Shown in pieces: positions 54,405 to 64,000 of a stretch of DNA of 64,000 nt. Positions within the stretch are counted from its first letter, which is position 1, and every line of letters begins with the position of its first letter. The position numbers were made by a program, and so were the translations under genes. The DNA lies in contig NC_043009.1 in assembly GCF_006345805.1 (NCBI RefSeq), positions 52,514,001-52,578,000 of the forward strand, given 5' to 3'. The notes beneath the pieces were generated by a model. It made no database searches. It saw nothing but the letters and a program-made list of their open reading frames with translations, and was not told the DNA's origin. The stretch is from Octopus sinensis. Taxonomy: Eukaryota.

Positions 54405-54575
54405 ATATATACGATGGGCTTCTTTCAGTTTCCGTCTACCAAATCCACTCACAAGGCTTTGGTCGGCCCGAGGCTATAGTAGAAGACACTTGCCCAAGGT
54501 GCCACGCAGTGGGACTGAACCCGGAACCATGTGGTTGGTAAACAAGCTACTTACCACACAGCCACTCCTGTGCCT
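54122..54575 (-). mobile_element. SINE family B, full length
   Basis: Head, internal microsatellite and (GAGTAAAA)n tail. Confidence 0.9.
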
Positions 54576-54689
54576 ATATGTTTACATTTACTTGAGGTTT
54601 ACTTCGTTAACATAGGTTACCGCCCTCTGATAATCATGTTAATATTCTTATATACATTTTTTAAAACTCCTGCCCCGTTCTTTTTTTTT

Positions 54690-54845
54690 CGTTCTCTCTC
54701 AGTTTTTCCCCTCCTAATCCTTTCTGTTGAAGACCGTAGGTTCGAAACGTCAAAGACTTTCCCATTCTTCCCCAGCGTTAAGCTAATACACCTGCTTGTT
54801 GTTCCTTCACCTGACTTCGTCTTTTGTTTTCTGTAAATTTGAGCT
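54690..54845 (+). mobile_element. Repeat family D, copy 5 (diverged subfamily)
   Basis: 54720-54755: cttt-CTGTTGA-a-gacc gtag gttc-GAAA-cg-TC-aaag; ends at (TA)n. Confidence 0.78.
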
Positions 54846-55231
54846 ATATATATATATAATACATTTATATATATATATACAAACATATATATAATTACAT
54901 TTATGTTATATACATGTGTCTGTGTATACACATACATATAATACACATACGGACTCAGACGTACACTTAAACACACACACACACAAATATATATATATAT
55001 ATATACTTTTGTGTTTGCATGTGTGTGTTTATGTGCGGATGTGAGTTTCTGTTTTTGTGTGTATGTGTGTATGCAGAACTTTCTCCGGAACACGTGATTG
55101 GAAACGGTCTGTTATTCTTCTAAATTTTCACACGACTTTTATAATTACTCTAAGCCTGAAAGATAATTAAAGTTTATGTTTTTAAAATTTATGTTTGTAG
55201 CAGCAGAAACAACAGTAACGGCAGCAGCAGC

Positions 55232-55287
<56 letters not shown>

Positions 55288-56065
55288 CAGCAGCAGCAGC
55301 AGTAGGAGTAGGAGGAAGAAGAGGGGGAGGGGAAGAGGAGAGAAGAGGGCGGTGGAGAAGGGGAGGAGATGGAGGGGATGAGGGGGAGAATTGGGTTCTC
55401 TCTCTCCTTTTGTTCATAACGAGAATGATAATGACGATTGTGATGATGGTGATGATGATGATGATGATGGTGGTGATCCTATAGTGGTGGTGTTTGATGG
55501 AGGTTTAGGTTTGCCGTCTTCGTCGTCATCTTAGCGCTATTGTTGTCAGTGTTGGCGAAAAAGATAATGATATAGTTTATTACCATTTTAATTACCTTCT
55601 ATACTTAGGACGGATTGTAAAATATTCCAAATTAATTCTTCCAAAATGCAGTCAAGTTGCTTCAGGCATTAACTTCTCATATATATACTTATGTCCACCT
55701 TCTTACGTTTAATTGCCTTTTGTTTTAGTTCTTGCTGTCTTCTGTTTGTTTGTTTTTTGTCTTCTTTTTTTAGGTCTCAGCCTAACGGTTTACTGTAGAT
55801 TTTAAATTTGTATTTCTGTTATTTAAATTTTTCATATGAGTTCAAGTTTGAAAATTCGAATGAAGTGAGGAGAATCAAAATAAAGGTATCAGTCCTTTCT
55901 AGTTGTCTAAATATGAGAGCACCTATGGTACAAACATCACTGGAAACAATCAGTACCAAATTTCCTGGAACAGGGAGTGTACCCAACATATGTGAGTGTA
56001 GAGAGATAGAGAGTGACAGACAGACAGACAAAGTTTTTGAAGTGGTGTATAGATATTGTACATTT

Positions 56066-56233
56066 AGAATAATAAGGTAGTCAGAATGTTGGATGATTAT
56101 ATATATTTTTTCTATTTAAATTTTTAGCAAACTTAGTATAAACCAATTTTTTTATAAATCCGATAACGGAAGAAAGCGCTAAAAATGTAACAACATCTAT
56201 AAGCATCCAACATTTTTACTACCTTATTATTCT
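56066..56233. repeat. Fold-back inverted repeat (36-bp outer arms)
   Basis: agaataataaggtagtcagaatgttggatgattata versus tataagcatccaacatttttactaccttattattct; internal GAAA-gcgc-TA remnant. Confidence 0.82.
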
Positions 56234-56439
56234 CAATATATATATCTGTACGCTCAGGCGTAGCTGTATGGTAACACAAAACAATGTGGTTGCTTCCCAT
56301 GTATGTGTACGTATGAGTGCTTATGTGTATGTATGAGTGGGGGTTGTATCTGCCTTTTATGTATAAATAGGGAGGAAGTTCTTTTATTTAGACATTGTTT
56401 TGAACAAAAGACGCCGTCCGAGTTTAATCTATTTTTTTT

Positions 56440-56897
56440 AGTAGAAAATTTTTTATTAATTATTCTTTATTTGTTACCTGTTTCAATCATTGGATCATGG
56501 TCATGCTAGGGCACTGCATTCAAAGATATAGTCAGACAAACTGAGATCAGTACTAGATTTTTCAAGTCTGGTATCTATCGGTGTCTTATCTCGAACCGCA
56601 AATTTATGGAAACGTGTATAGACCAACACAGGATAGCAAACGGTGAGGGAGACAAAATCAAAGACATACACACACACTCACTTAGATTATATGCGTATCT
56701 GTGTATGTGTGTATGTGGTGTGTGTGTTTGTATATACGAAGGGCTTCCGCGCGGTTTCCGTTTACCACATTCATTCACAATACATTGGTCAGTATGGGGT
56801 TATAGTAGAAGACACATGCCCAAGGTGCTACACAGTGTATTTGAACTCGATACCACATGATTGCAAGATGATTTTCTTAACCACACAGCCATGCCTG
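56440..56897 (-). mobile_element. SINE family B, old copy
   Basis: tatagtagaagacacatgcccaaggtgcta...ccacacagccatgcctgc. Confidence 0.7.
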
Positions 56898-57309
56898 CTT
56901 AATTTGGAACAATAGTGTGCTTACTGGCCTGTTGTTTGCACTTTGCAGCATGTCGGAAGGTATCATGGGAATAATGTTATAAATTATAAAAGCATCATCG
57001 CCGGATATTACTTTCCTAATCCTTTGAGACCGACTGTAAAGCATGTCAGCAACATGCCACTACAATTGTATTTTCCTTCCAATGTTGTGGCCGAGACGAT
57101 TTTGAAATGATAATGGATTTAGAAAGGTTGTTATACTAAACTAATCGCAAAGGACTACCGACAAATTATGAAAATTTTAAATAAGGGTAAGATTAAAGAT
57201 AATCACAGTCGTTATTTCAATACTGTAAATGTGAGTATGAGCATAGATGTCCCTCCTCTTTCTCTTACTACACACACACACATACACATATATATATATA
57301 TATATATTT

Positions 57310-57520
57310 AACGGGAAAGTATGCGAAAATAAACAAAAGACGAAGGCAGGTGGAGTACAAACAAACAAATGTATTAGTATAGCGCTCAGGAATAGAAATA
57401 GAACAAGTCTTTTACGTTTCCGGCCTACGCTCTTCGACAGAAAGATACACAGAAAAAAAACAAGGAGAGAAACAAGGAGAGAAAAAAATGCGTGTAGGAG
57501 TTAACGATCTATCATGGCGT
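57310..57520 (-). mobile_element. Repeat family D, copy 6
   Basis: 57408-57445: tcttt-CTGTCGA-a-gagcgtaggccg-GAAA-cg-TA-aaaga; starts at (TA)n. Confidence 0.8.
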
Positions 57521-57529
57521 CCTGATATT

Positions 57530-57860
57530 TATATAGGTTGTCTCAGAATTAACTATTTCAATGAAATAGGGCAAATTTTAAAGTACGACGACAGAATTTT
57601 ATACGTATTACTTAGTTATGATATCAAAACAAACAGATTTATAAATCTTACGTCAAAACTTTATTGTCAACATGCGCGTCTGTGTCCTTACAAATTTCCT
57701 TGGAGCTGCGAAACAATTTAGAAGCATTTCAGGAGTTATCACCTGCACTGCAAACTAAATGCATTCTTAAGTTCAGCTAAACTATTGCTCTATCCTGGAG
57801 GTAAAGAAAACAGTTGCTGCCAAATTGAAATAAAGTTGTCGTGGACAGATAAGCGTGATC
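57530..57860 (-). mobile_element. Possible Tc1-like transposase C-terminal relic
   Basis: SLAELKNAF..C../ITPEMLLN; very decayed. Confidence 0.35.
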
Positions 57861-57944
57861 AAACCGGTACGAAAGTAAAATTATTTTAAAAATCATAAAA
57901 ACTGTAAAAAAGATAAGCAAATAAATTATACAAGTTTAATACAT

Positions 57945-58345
57945 ACTCTTTAGCTCTTTTACTCTTTTACTTGTTTCAGTCATGTGACTGTGGCCATGCT
58001 GGAGCACCGCCTTTAGTCGAGCAAATCGACCCCAGGACTTATTCTTTGTAAGCCTCGTACTTATTCTATCGGTCTGTTGTGCCGGACCGCTAAGTTACGG
58101 GGACGTCAACGCACCACCATCGGTCGTCAAGCGATGTACGGGGGGGACAAACACAGACACACAGACACACACACATACACACACACATATATATATACAT
58201 ATATACGACGGGCTTCCTTCAGTTTCCGTCTACCAAATTCACTCACCAGGCTTTGGTCGGCTCGAGGCTATAGTAGAAGACACTTGCAAAAAGTGCCACG
58301 CAGTGGGACTGAACCCGGAACCATGTGGTAGGTAAGCAAGCTACC
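57945..58345 (-). mobile_element. SINE family B (5' clipped)
   Basis: Homologous to 47582-48010. Confidence 0.88.
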
Positions 58346-58408
58346 AACATATTAAACTTTTAAAAGAAAAATTGTCCGATTTCACTGAAATAGATAATTG
58401 ATTCAAGG

Positions 58409-58458
<50 letters not shown>

Positions 58459-59064
58459 CATATGAAATAAAATATTTTATATAGCGTTAAATATTTTGAC
58501 TTTTGACGACGAAAGAAAAGCTATCAGGCAAATTTGCGTTAGTGTAAAGATATACACAACATTTTTTTAGTGTAAGGGCGTATATACACATTCACACGTA
58601 CATACAGGTGTATGCGTGCGTGCGCTCATTTTTGTATGTGAGTATACTAACGCTCTGTAATGGTTGATATCAGTTACCAATTAAATGTAGATTAAACTTA
58701 CACAGCCGTCAACTGACGTCTGCAGATGGTCCACCAGCTGTTATCAGGTCCTTTTTTCTTCTTTTCATTTATCTTTTACGTGTATTCTCATTACTTTTCA
58801 CTACAACCCCAACACTTACCAGAGTCACCATCGCCATTTCCATCAGCATCACCACCATTCGCATCATGACTGTCAGCGTCAATGTAATCTTCACAACCAT
58901 CATCAGCAGCAGCAGCAGAAACAATACAGATATCAATGTCAACTTCCACATAAAAACCATCCTTTTCTAAATGATTATTGACATCTTCTAAATGACTATC
59001 ATCATCATTATCATCATCATCATCATCATCATCATTATCATCATCGTCGTCGTCGTGATTTCTC

Positions 59065-59270
59065 AGCGAGCTGGCAGAATCATTATGGCGTTGGGCGTAA
59101 TACTCTTTTCCGGCTTTTTAGTTTTTGAGTTCAAATCCTACCTAAATCATCTTCGCTTTTCATAACGCAGGAATCGATAAAATAAGCTTCAGTTGAGCAC
59201 TGGGGTCGATCTAATCGACTATTCCCCTCCCCAAAAATTTCAGGTCTTGTGCCAACAGTAGAAAGGGTTA
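59065..59270 (+). mobile_element. SINE family A variant ending in (TTA)n
   Basis: gcgagctggcagaatc...ctggggtcgatctaatcgact...gtagaaagggttattatt. Confidence 0.75.
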
Positions 59271-60016
59271 TTATTATTATTATTATTGAGTGAGAGAGCA
59301 GTGCATGCCGTCAACGTGACACTGGGCTAAAATATACGAAGTCCAGTATACCCATCATGACTACCCGTCTGATAAAGGTACACTATGTACATGCATCACA
59401 ACCATATGTGTGTTACATGGTGATTTCATATCAAGATAAACAGTGCATGACCTTGCAGGTGGAGCCCAGTTAGAATTTTCTTCTGCTCGAGTAACCCATC
59501 CCGGTCAAAAGGTCCCTGAATAAGGGTTGTTTAAGGATGTGCTCCAGCGTAGCCACACTCTAATGATAGAAACAAGTAATAGATAAAAGACAAACAAGAA
59601 AATATCTCCAAACTTAGTTGCTTCTTTAGTTGTGATAATATTTTTCTATCAAAGGGATCCTATTGAATTTGGTTCGGGCAGATTGTATATACTTTATATA
59701 CTGTAGATTCTGGCATGCATTCCTGGTAGTTCTTTCTTGTGTGAACAGTCTTGTTTTTTCATATCAGACTTCAATCAGTGCCTACCAAATTGGCACATTT
59801 ACGTACTCTACTTACTGGTTACTGTTAGAATTTTATGACATATCGCTGATAAGCGGTACAATTCCTTTTTTCTTTTTTTTTCTTTTTACTGTTCGCCGAC
59901 AATCAAATTAGTTCCTGGTCCTTTCCTATCCTGCAATTCTTTTATATATATATATCAGCCTTAAAGATATCACCATTGAAGACATTATTTCTTTAATATT
60001 TCTTCTAGACTAAGTC

Positions 60017-60232
60017 TGCGAGCTGGCAGAATCATTAGCATGCCGGGCAAAATGCTTAGCGGCATTTCGTCCGTCTTTACGTTCTGAGTTCAAATTCCGC
60101 CGATGTCGTCTTTACTTTTCATCTTTTCGGGCTCGATAAATTAATTACTAGTGAAACACTGGGGTCGATGTAATCGCCTAGTGCCCTCACCCAAAACTTT
60201 CAGGACTTGTGCCTATAGTAGAAAGGATTATA
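60017..60232 (+). mobile_element. SINE family A variant ending in (TTA)n
   Basis: Same head and core; tail cttgtgcctatagtagaaaggattat. Confidence 0.85.
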
Positions 60233-60247
60233 ATAATTATTATTATT

Positions 60248-61085
60248 TCCTCTTTATCACAGGGTTTATTGGAGCTCCTGGAGTCTTGCATGCGTAGCGA
60301 GTTTACTACCTGCAGCCTGCGGTACCATACTATTCGTACTTTTCCGCTATCGAATACTTTCCTGATTCTTCTGGTCGTGTCCAGGAGGCAAACCTTTTGT
60401 AGCAGTTATACTGGGCACTCTATTCCAATTTCCATCATATTCCTCGTGATGCCTTATGATACTACTCCCAAGGACCCAACAATAATTGGCACAGTCTTTA
60501 CCTTCGTCATTTTCCATGGCTGTGTTATTTTATACTTAAAAGGTTCGTATCTATCTATCTTTTCGCCTTCTTTCTTGACTATTCGTAGGTCAAAGGGGTA
60601 TGCAACGTCAACTTTATAGCATATGTGGTGTACCTTGTCCATCACCACCAGGTCCCGTCTGAAGTACTCTAGCACCTGATGTGTTTAAATTTGAAAATGC
60701 CAGAGGATTTTGCTAGTCTCCAACTCTGCCACACTTTGCCATTTATGTTCATACCACGTCTTGCCTCTCTCTACCCGCCACTTTTCGCACAGTTTCCAAT
60801 GTAACACTTTCACTATCTAGTCGTGTCCCACAATTTGTAGTGGTTTGGGGCAAGTCTAGGGCATTCCTTCGTGTTATGGGCAATAGTTTCATCCACTCAA
60901 TTGCAAATGCGACACAACGGAGACACTTGCTCATTCCTCAGGTTGACCCTCCAGTTCGTGGCCAGAGCTTGGTCCTGCGCTACCAGTATAGTTCTCGCGT
61001 TCTCTTTTTTTTTTAGGGTTCCTTTCATTAGCCAAACCCGCCTATTTTTTCCGGCAACTTCTGTTGTGGCTACATGGAATTTATT
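60248..61085 (-). mobile_element. R4/Dong-like RLE non-LTR retrotransposon 3' fragment
   Basis: ILVAQDQALATN; CCHC-type CRICN*VDETIAH..KEC; KILWHFQI; RRDLVVMDK..ICYKVDVAYPFD..KKEGEKIDRY (PD..D-type RLE); VPIIVGSLG; LLQKVCLL; 3' end abuts (TAA)n. Confidence 0.85.
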
Positions 61086-61194
61086 GTGAAGTCCCTTCTT
61101 ACGTAATTCTTTTTCATTTCCTTTTTATACTTCTTCCTTTGTTTTCCTATTATTATTATTATTATTATTATTATTATCATCATCATCATCATCA

Positions 61195-61244
<50 letters not shown>

Positions 61245-61272
61245 TATTATCATTATTATTATTATTATTATT

Positions 61273-61460
61273 AAGGCGTTGAGCTAGCAGAATTGTTAGC
61301 ACGCCGGGCGTGTTCTGTGATCAAATTCCGTCGAGGTCGAGTTTCCCTTTCATCCTTTCTAGGTGGACAAAATAGGTACCAGTTGCGTACTGGGGTTGAT
61401 GTAATCAACTATCTCCCTCCCCAAAATTTCAGGACTTGTACCGATAATAGAAAGGATTAT
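61273..61460 (+). mobile_element. SINE family A variant
   Basis: Internally deleted copy between (TTA)n tracts. Confidence 0.75.
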
Positions 61461-61960
61461 CATTATTATTATTATTATTTCTGTAGTTGTTGTTGTTGTT
61501 GCTGTTGTTTAAGCCTCTTCACTTTTTTGTAAACAGTAGCTACATTTGGAATGAATTTTTTGATTACTCTTATTTCTTTTCAGTTGCTCGCTTCTAATAA
61601 AGAGCATTGTCACTAACAGTTTTTAATTGCTGTTTCACGGTCATTATTTTTTATATTTTAATGTTCTTTCTTTTCTGCTCCAAAACATATCTTTTACTCT
61701 TTTACTCTTTTACTTGTTTCAGTCATTTTTTTGTCTTGGGTTTTTTTTTAATATTTTTTTACAGTTTCTGTTTGTGGAAAGTGTGTGCATATATTTGTTG
61801 TTTACTGACAAATGTCAACACATAGTTGATGGTCCACCGTAGATCAACAATCTGTTTTTGTTTTGTTTTGTTTTGCTTTGTTTTATTTTGGTGATTTTTG
61901 GTTCGTTTTGTTTCGTAGTTTTGTACTGTGCTGTGGTTGTCTATTTCCTATTATGTAGAT

Positions 61961-62347
61961 GGAGGCGCAATGGTCCAGTGGTTAGGGCAGCAGACTCGCG
62001 GTCATACGATCGCGGTTTCGATTCCAAGACCGGGCGTTGTGAGTGTTTATTGAGCGAAAACACCTAAAGCTCCACGAGGCTCCGGCAGGGGATGGTGGTG
62101 ATCCCTGCTGTACTCTTTCACCACAACTTTCTCTCACTCTTACTTCCTGTTTCTGTTGTACCTGTATTTCAGAGGGCCGGCCTTGTCACTCTCTGTGTCA
62201 CGCTGAATATCCCCGAGAACTACGTTAAGGGTACACGTGTCTGTGGAGTGCTCAGCCACTTACACGTTAATTTCACGAGCAGGCTGTTCCGTTGATTCGG
62301 ATCAACCGGAACCCTCGTCGTCGTAACTGACGGAGCGCTTCCAGTCC
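61961..62347 (+). mobile_element. SINE family C (tail type 1) with TSD
   Basis: A box tggtccagtgg, B box ggtttcgattcc; 11-bp TSD ATTATGTAGAT at 61950-61960 and 62348-62358. Confidence 0.9.
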
Positions 62348-62450
62348 ATTATGTAGATACGGCTATAGAATTGTGGAAAAGGAACATAAGCAGGTGTGTA
62401 TTTGTCAAAATGGTAGGATATAAATTTACTGTGTGTTCTACATACTGTGT

Positions 62451-62752
62451 AGAGGCGCAATGGCCCAGTGGTTAGGGCAGCGGACTCGCAGTTGTAGGAT
62501 CACGGTTTCGATTCCCAGACCGGGTGTTGTGAGTGTTTGTTGAGCGAAAACACCTAAAGCTCCACGAGGTTCCGGCAAGGGGTAGTGGCGATCCCTGCTG
62601 TACTCTTTCACCACAACTTTCTCTCCCTCTTTCTTCTGTTGGCCTGCTCGCTTATCCAGCGGGGTGGCGTCATTTGAAGGCTAAAACAATGCGAAGCGCA
62701 TTGTGACTAGCGAGGTGTAGCAACATCTGATAGCCTGGTCGGTCACGATGAT
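62451..62752 (+). mobile_element. SINE family C (tail type 2)
   Basis: Same first ~175 bp as the 61961 copy, then a different tail. Confidence 0.88.
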
Positions 62753-63689
62753 GGTAAATACTGTATCCCTACATCGTTAGTGACTATCATAATTAGAATA
62801 TGTAGGACCCTATATCAAACGTATACACATATTGTAGTGTCTTACAACGGTCGTTTTAGGAACGGATCAATTTAATTTTGAAACATTTTAAGAATATCTT
62901 TCCAGTGTTATTTTTTTGCTCAACCCACTCGTGATACGCTTAACATCGTAGCTGCTGTTTTAATCACTGTGAGATCGATGTGGACGCTTCAGTGCCATTA
63001 CAAGCTGACATATGAGGTAGCATTAGCCAAGCTGGGCAAGTTTGTCTTTTTATCTCGATGCCATAACTGTTACAGAGATGTGTACTCAACATTAGGCAGA
63101 AAAAATGTTGATCATTTACTGTTATTTGTGCACTCCACTCACTTTTAAGAATATAATTAAAATCAGCAAGCTTAATCCTGCGTTCAACAAATGTCGCATT
63201 CTAACGTATTTGTTTTGTTGTGAAATAATTTAGCCCTGGGTGAAGTTCGTTCAAATATATTTTCATTCTATTCACAGAGCAATTACAGAAGTCATTATTG
63301 AGTTCGTAACTCCAAGAAAAATGCACTTTATAATTTCGATTTCTTCAGCAACTACAACTAATAAGATTTTGTACACCTTCTCTCACATTCTCTTACTTAC
63401 TTCGGTTCTTCTCCGACGCCAGTGTTAGTGTTATGTCTAGCCTTGTTGTTTATAGTGATTCTCTGCACGATAGATATTTGTGAGGCAAATATCACTATGA
63501 TCTTGAAGGAAGACTTTCTCTGTAAATGTGATCAGAAATACAACTAGTTATTTGACAAGAAAGTTCGTTGTGTTATTAAAGCTGGTAATCACTGAAATCT
63601 CAATGAACAGCCTCTTATGCCATATATGTAACTTTTCATTCTCATTATGCATGTATGTATGCATATAAATATACATGTACGTATGTGGA

Positions 63690-64000
63690 TGGAAGCACTC
63701 CGTCGGTTACGACGATGAGGGTTCCGGTTGATCCGATCAACGGAACAGCCTGCTCGTGAAATTAACGTGTAAGTGGCTGAGCACTCCACAGACACGTGTA
63801 CCCTTAACGTAGTTCTCGGGGATATTCAGCGTGACACAGAGAGTGACAAGGCCGGCCTTTTGAAATACAGGTACAACAGAAACAGGAAGTAAGAGTGAGA
63901 GAAAGTTGTGGTGAAAGAGTACAGCAGGGATCACCACCATCCCTGCCGGAGCGTCGTGGAGCTTTTTAGGTGTTTTCGCTCAATAAACACTTACAACGTC
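63690..64000 (-). mobile_element. SINE family C (tail type 1), truncated by the window edge
   Basis: Near-identical reverse complement of 62035-62343. Confidence 0.9.

Noticed and set aside
61961-62035. tRNA gene-like sequences
   Set aside because: They are SINE heads with A/B boxes that continue into SINE bodies; no proper cloverleaf end.
62850-63430. Possible hAT transposase C-terminal relic on the minus strand
   Set aside because: Only a W..LPSLA-like fragment; insufficient.

Overview
Eukaryotic, AT-rich, non-genic DNA dense in microsatellites and transposon relics. The SINE families and the (TA)n/(CATA)n/(GATA)n load suggest an octopus-type cephalopod genome, which is an inference from repeat content only. 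No host protein-coding exon can be supported, and almost all ORFs in the track are microsatellite artefacts. Recognisable content: several tRNA-derived SINE families; decayed non-LTR retrotransposons (Tx1/L1, RTE/BovB, R4/Dong-type RLE); three Penelope-like element (PLE) coding relics; a decayed Helitron helicase plus two non-autonomous Helitrons; Tc1/mariner relics; MITEs; and a 100-N gap. The most interesting signal is at least seven sequence-unrelated short elements carrying minimal type-I hammerhead ribozyme motifs with short, mostly self-complementary helix III. Most sit beside (TA)n tracts and several are organised as fold-back inverted repeats. They include canonical cores (637-718, 3421-3479, 38629-38685), a compensatory U3-A8 core (18518-18558) and a six-copy family with a CUGYNGA core. 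All alignments and translations were done by eye, and element ends without a TSD are approximate.
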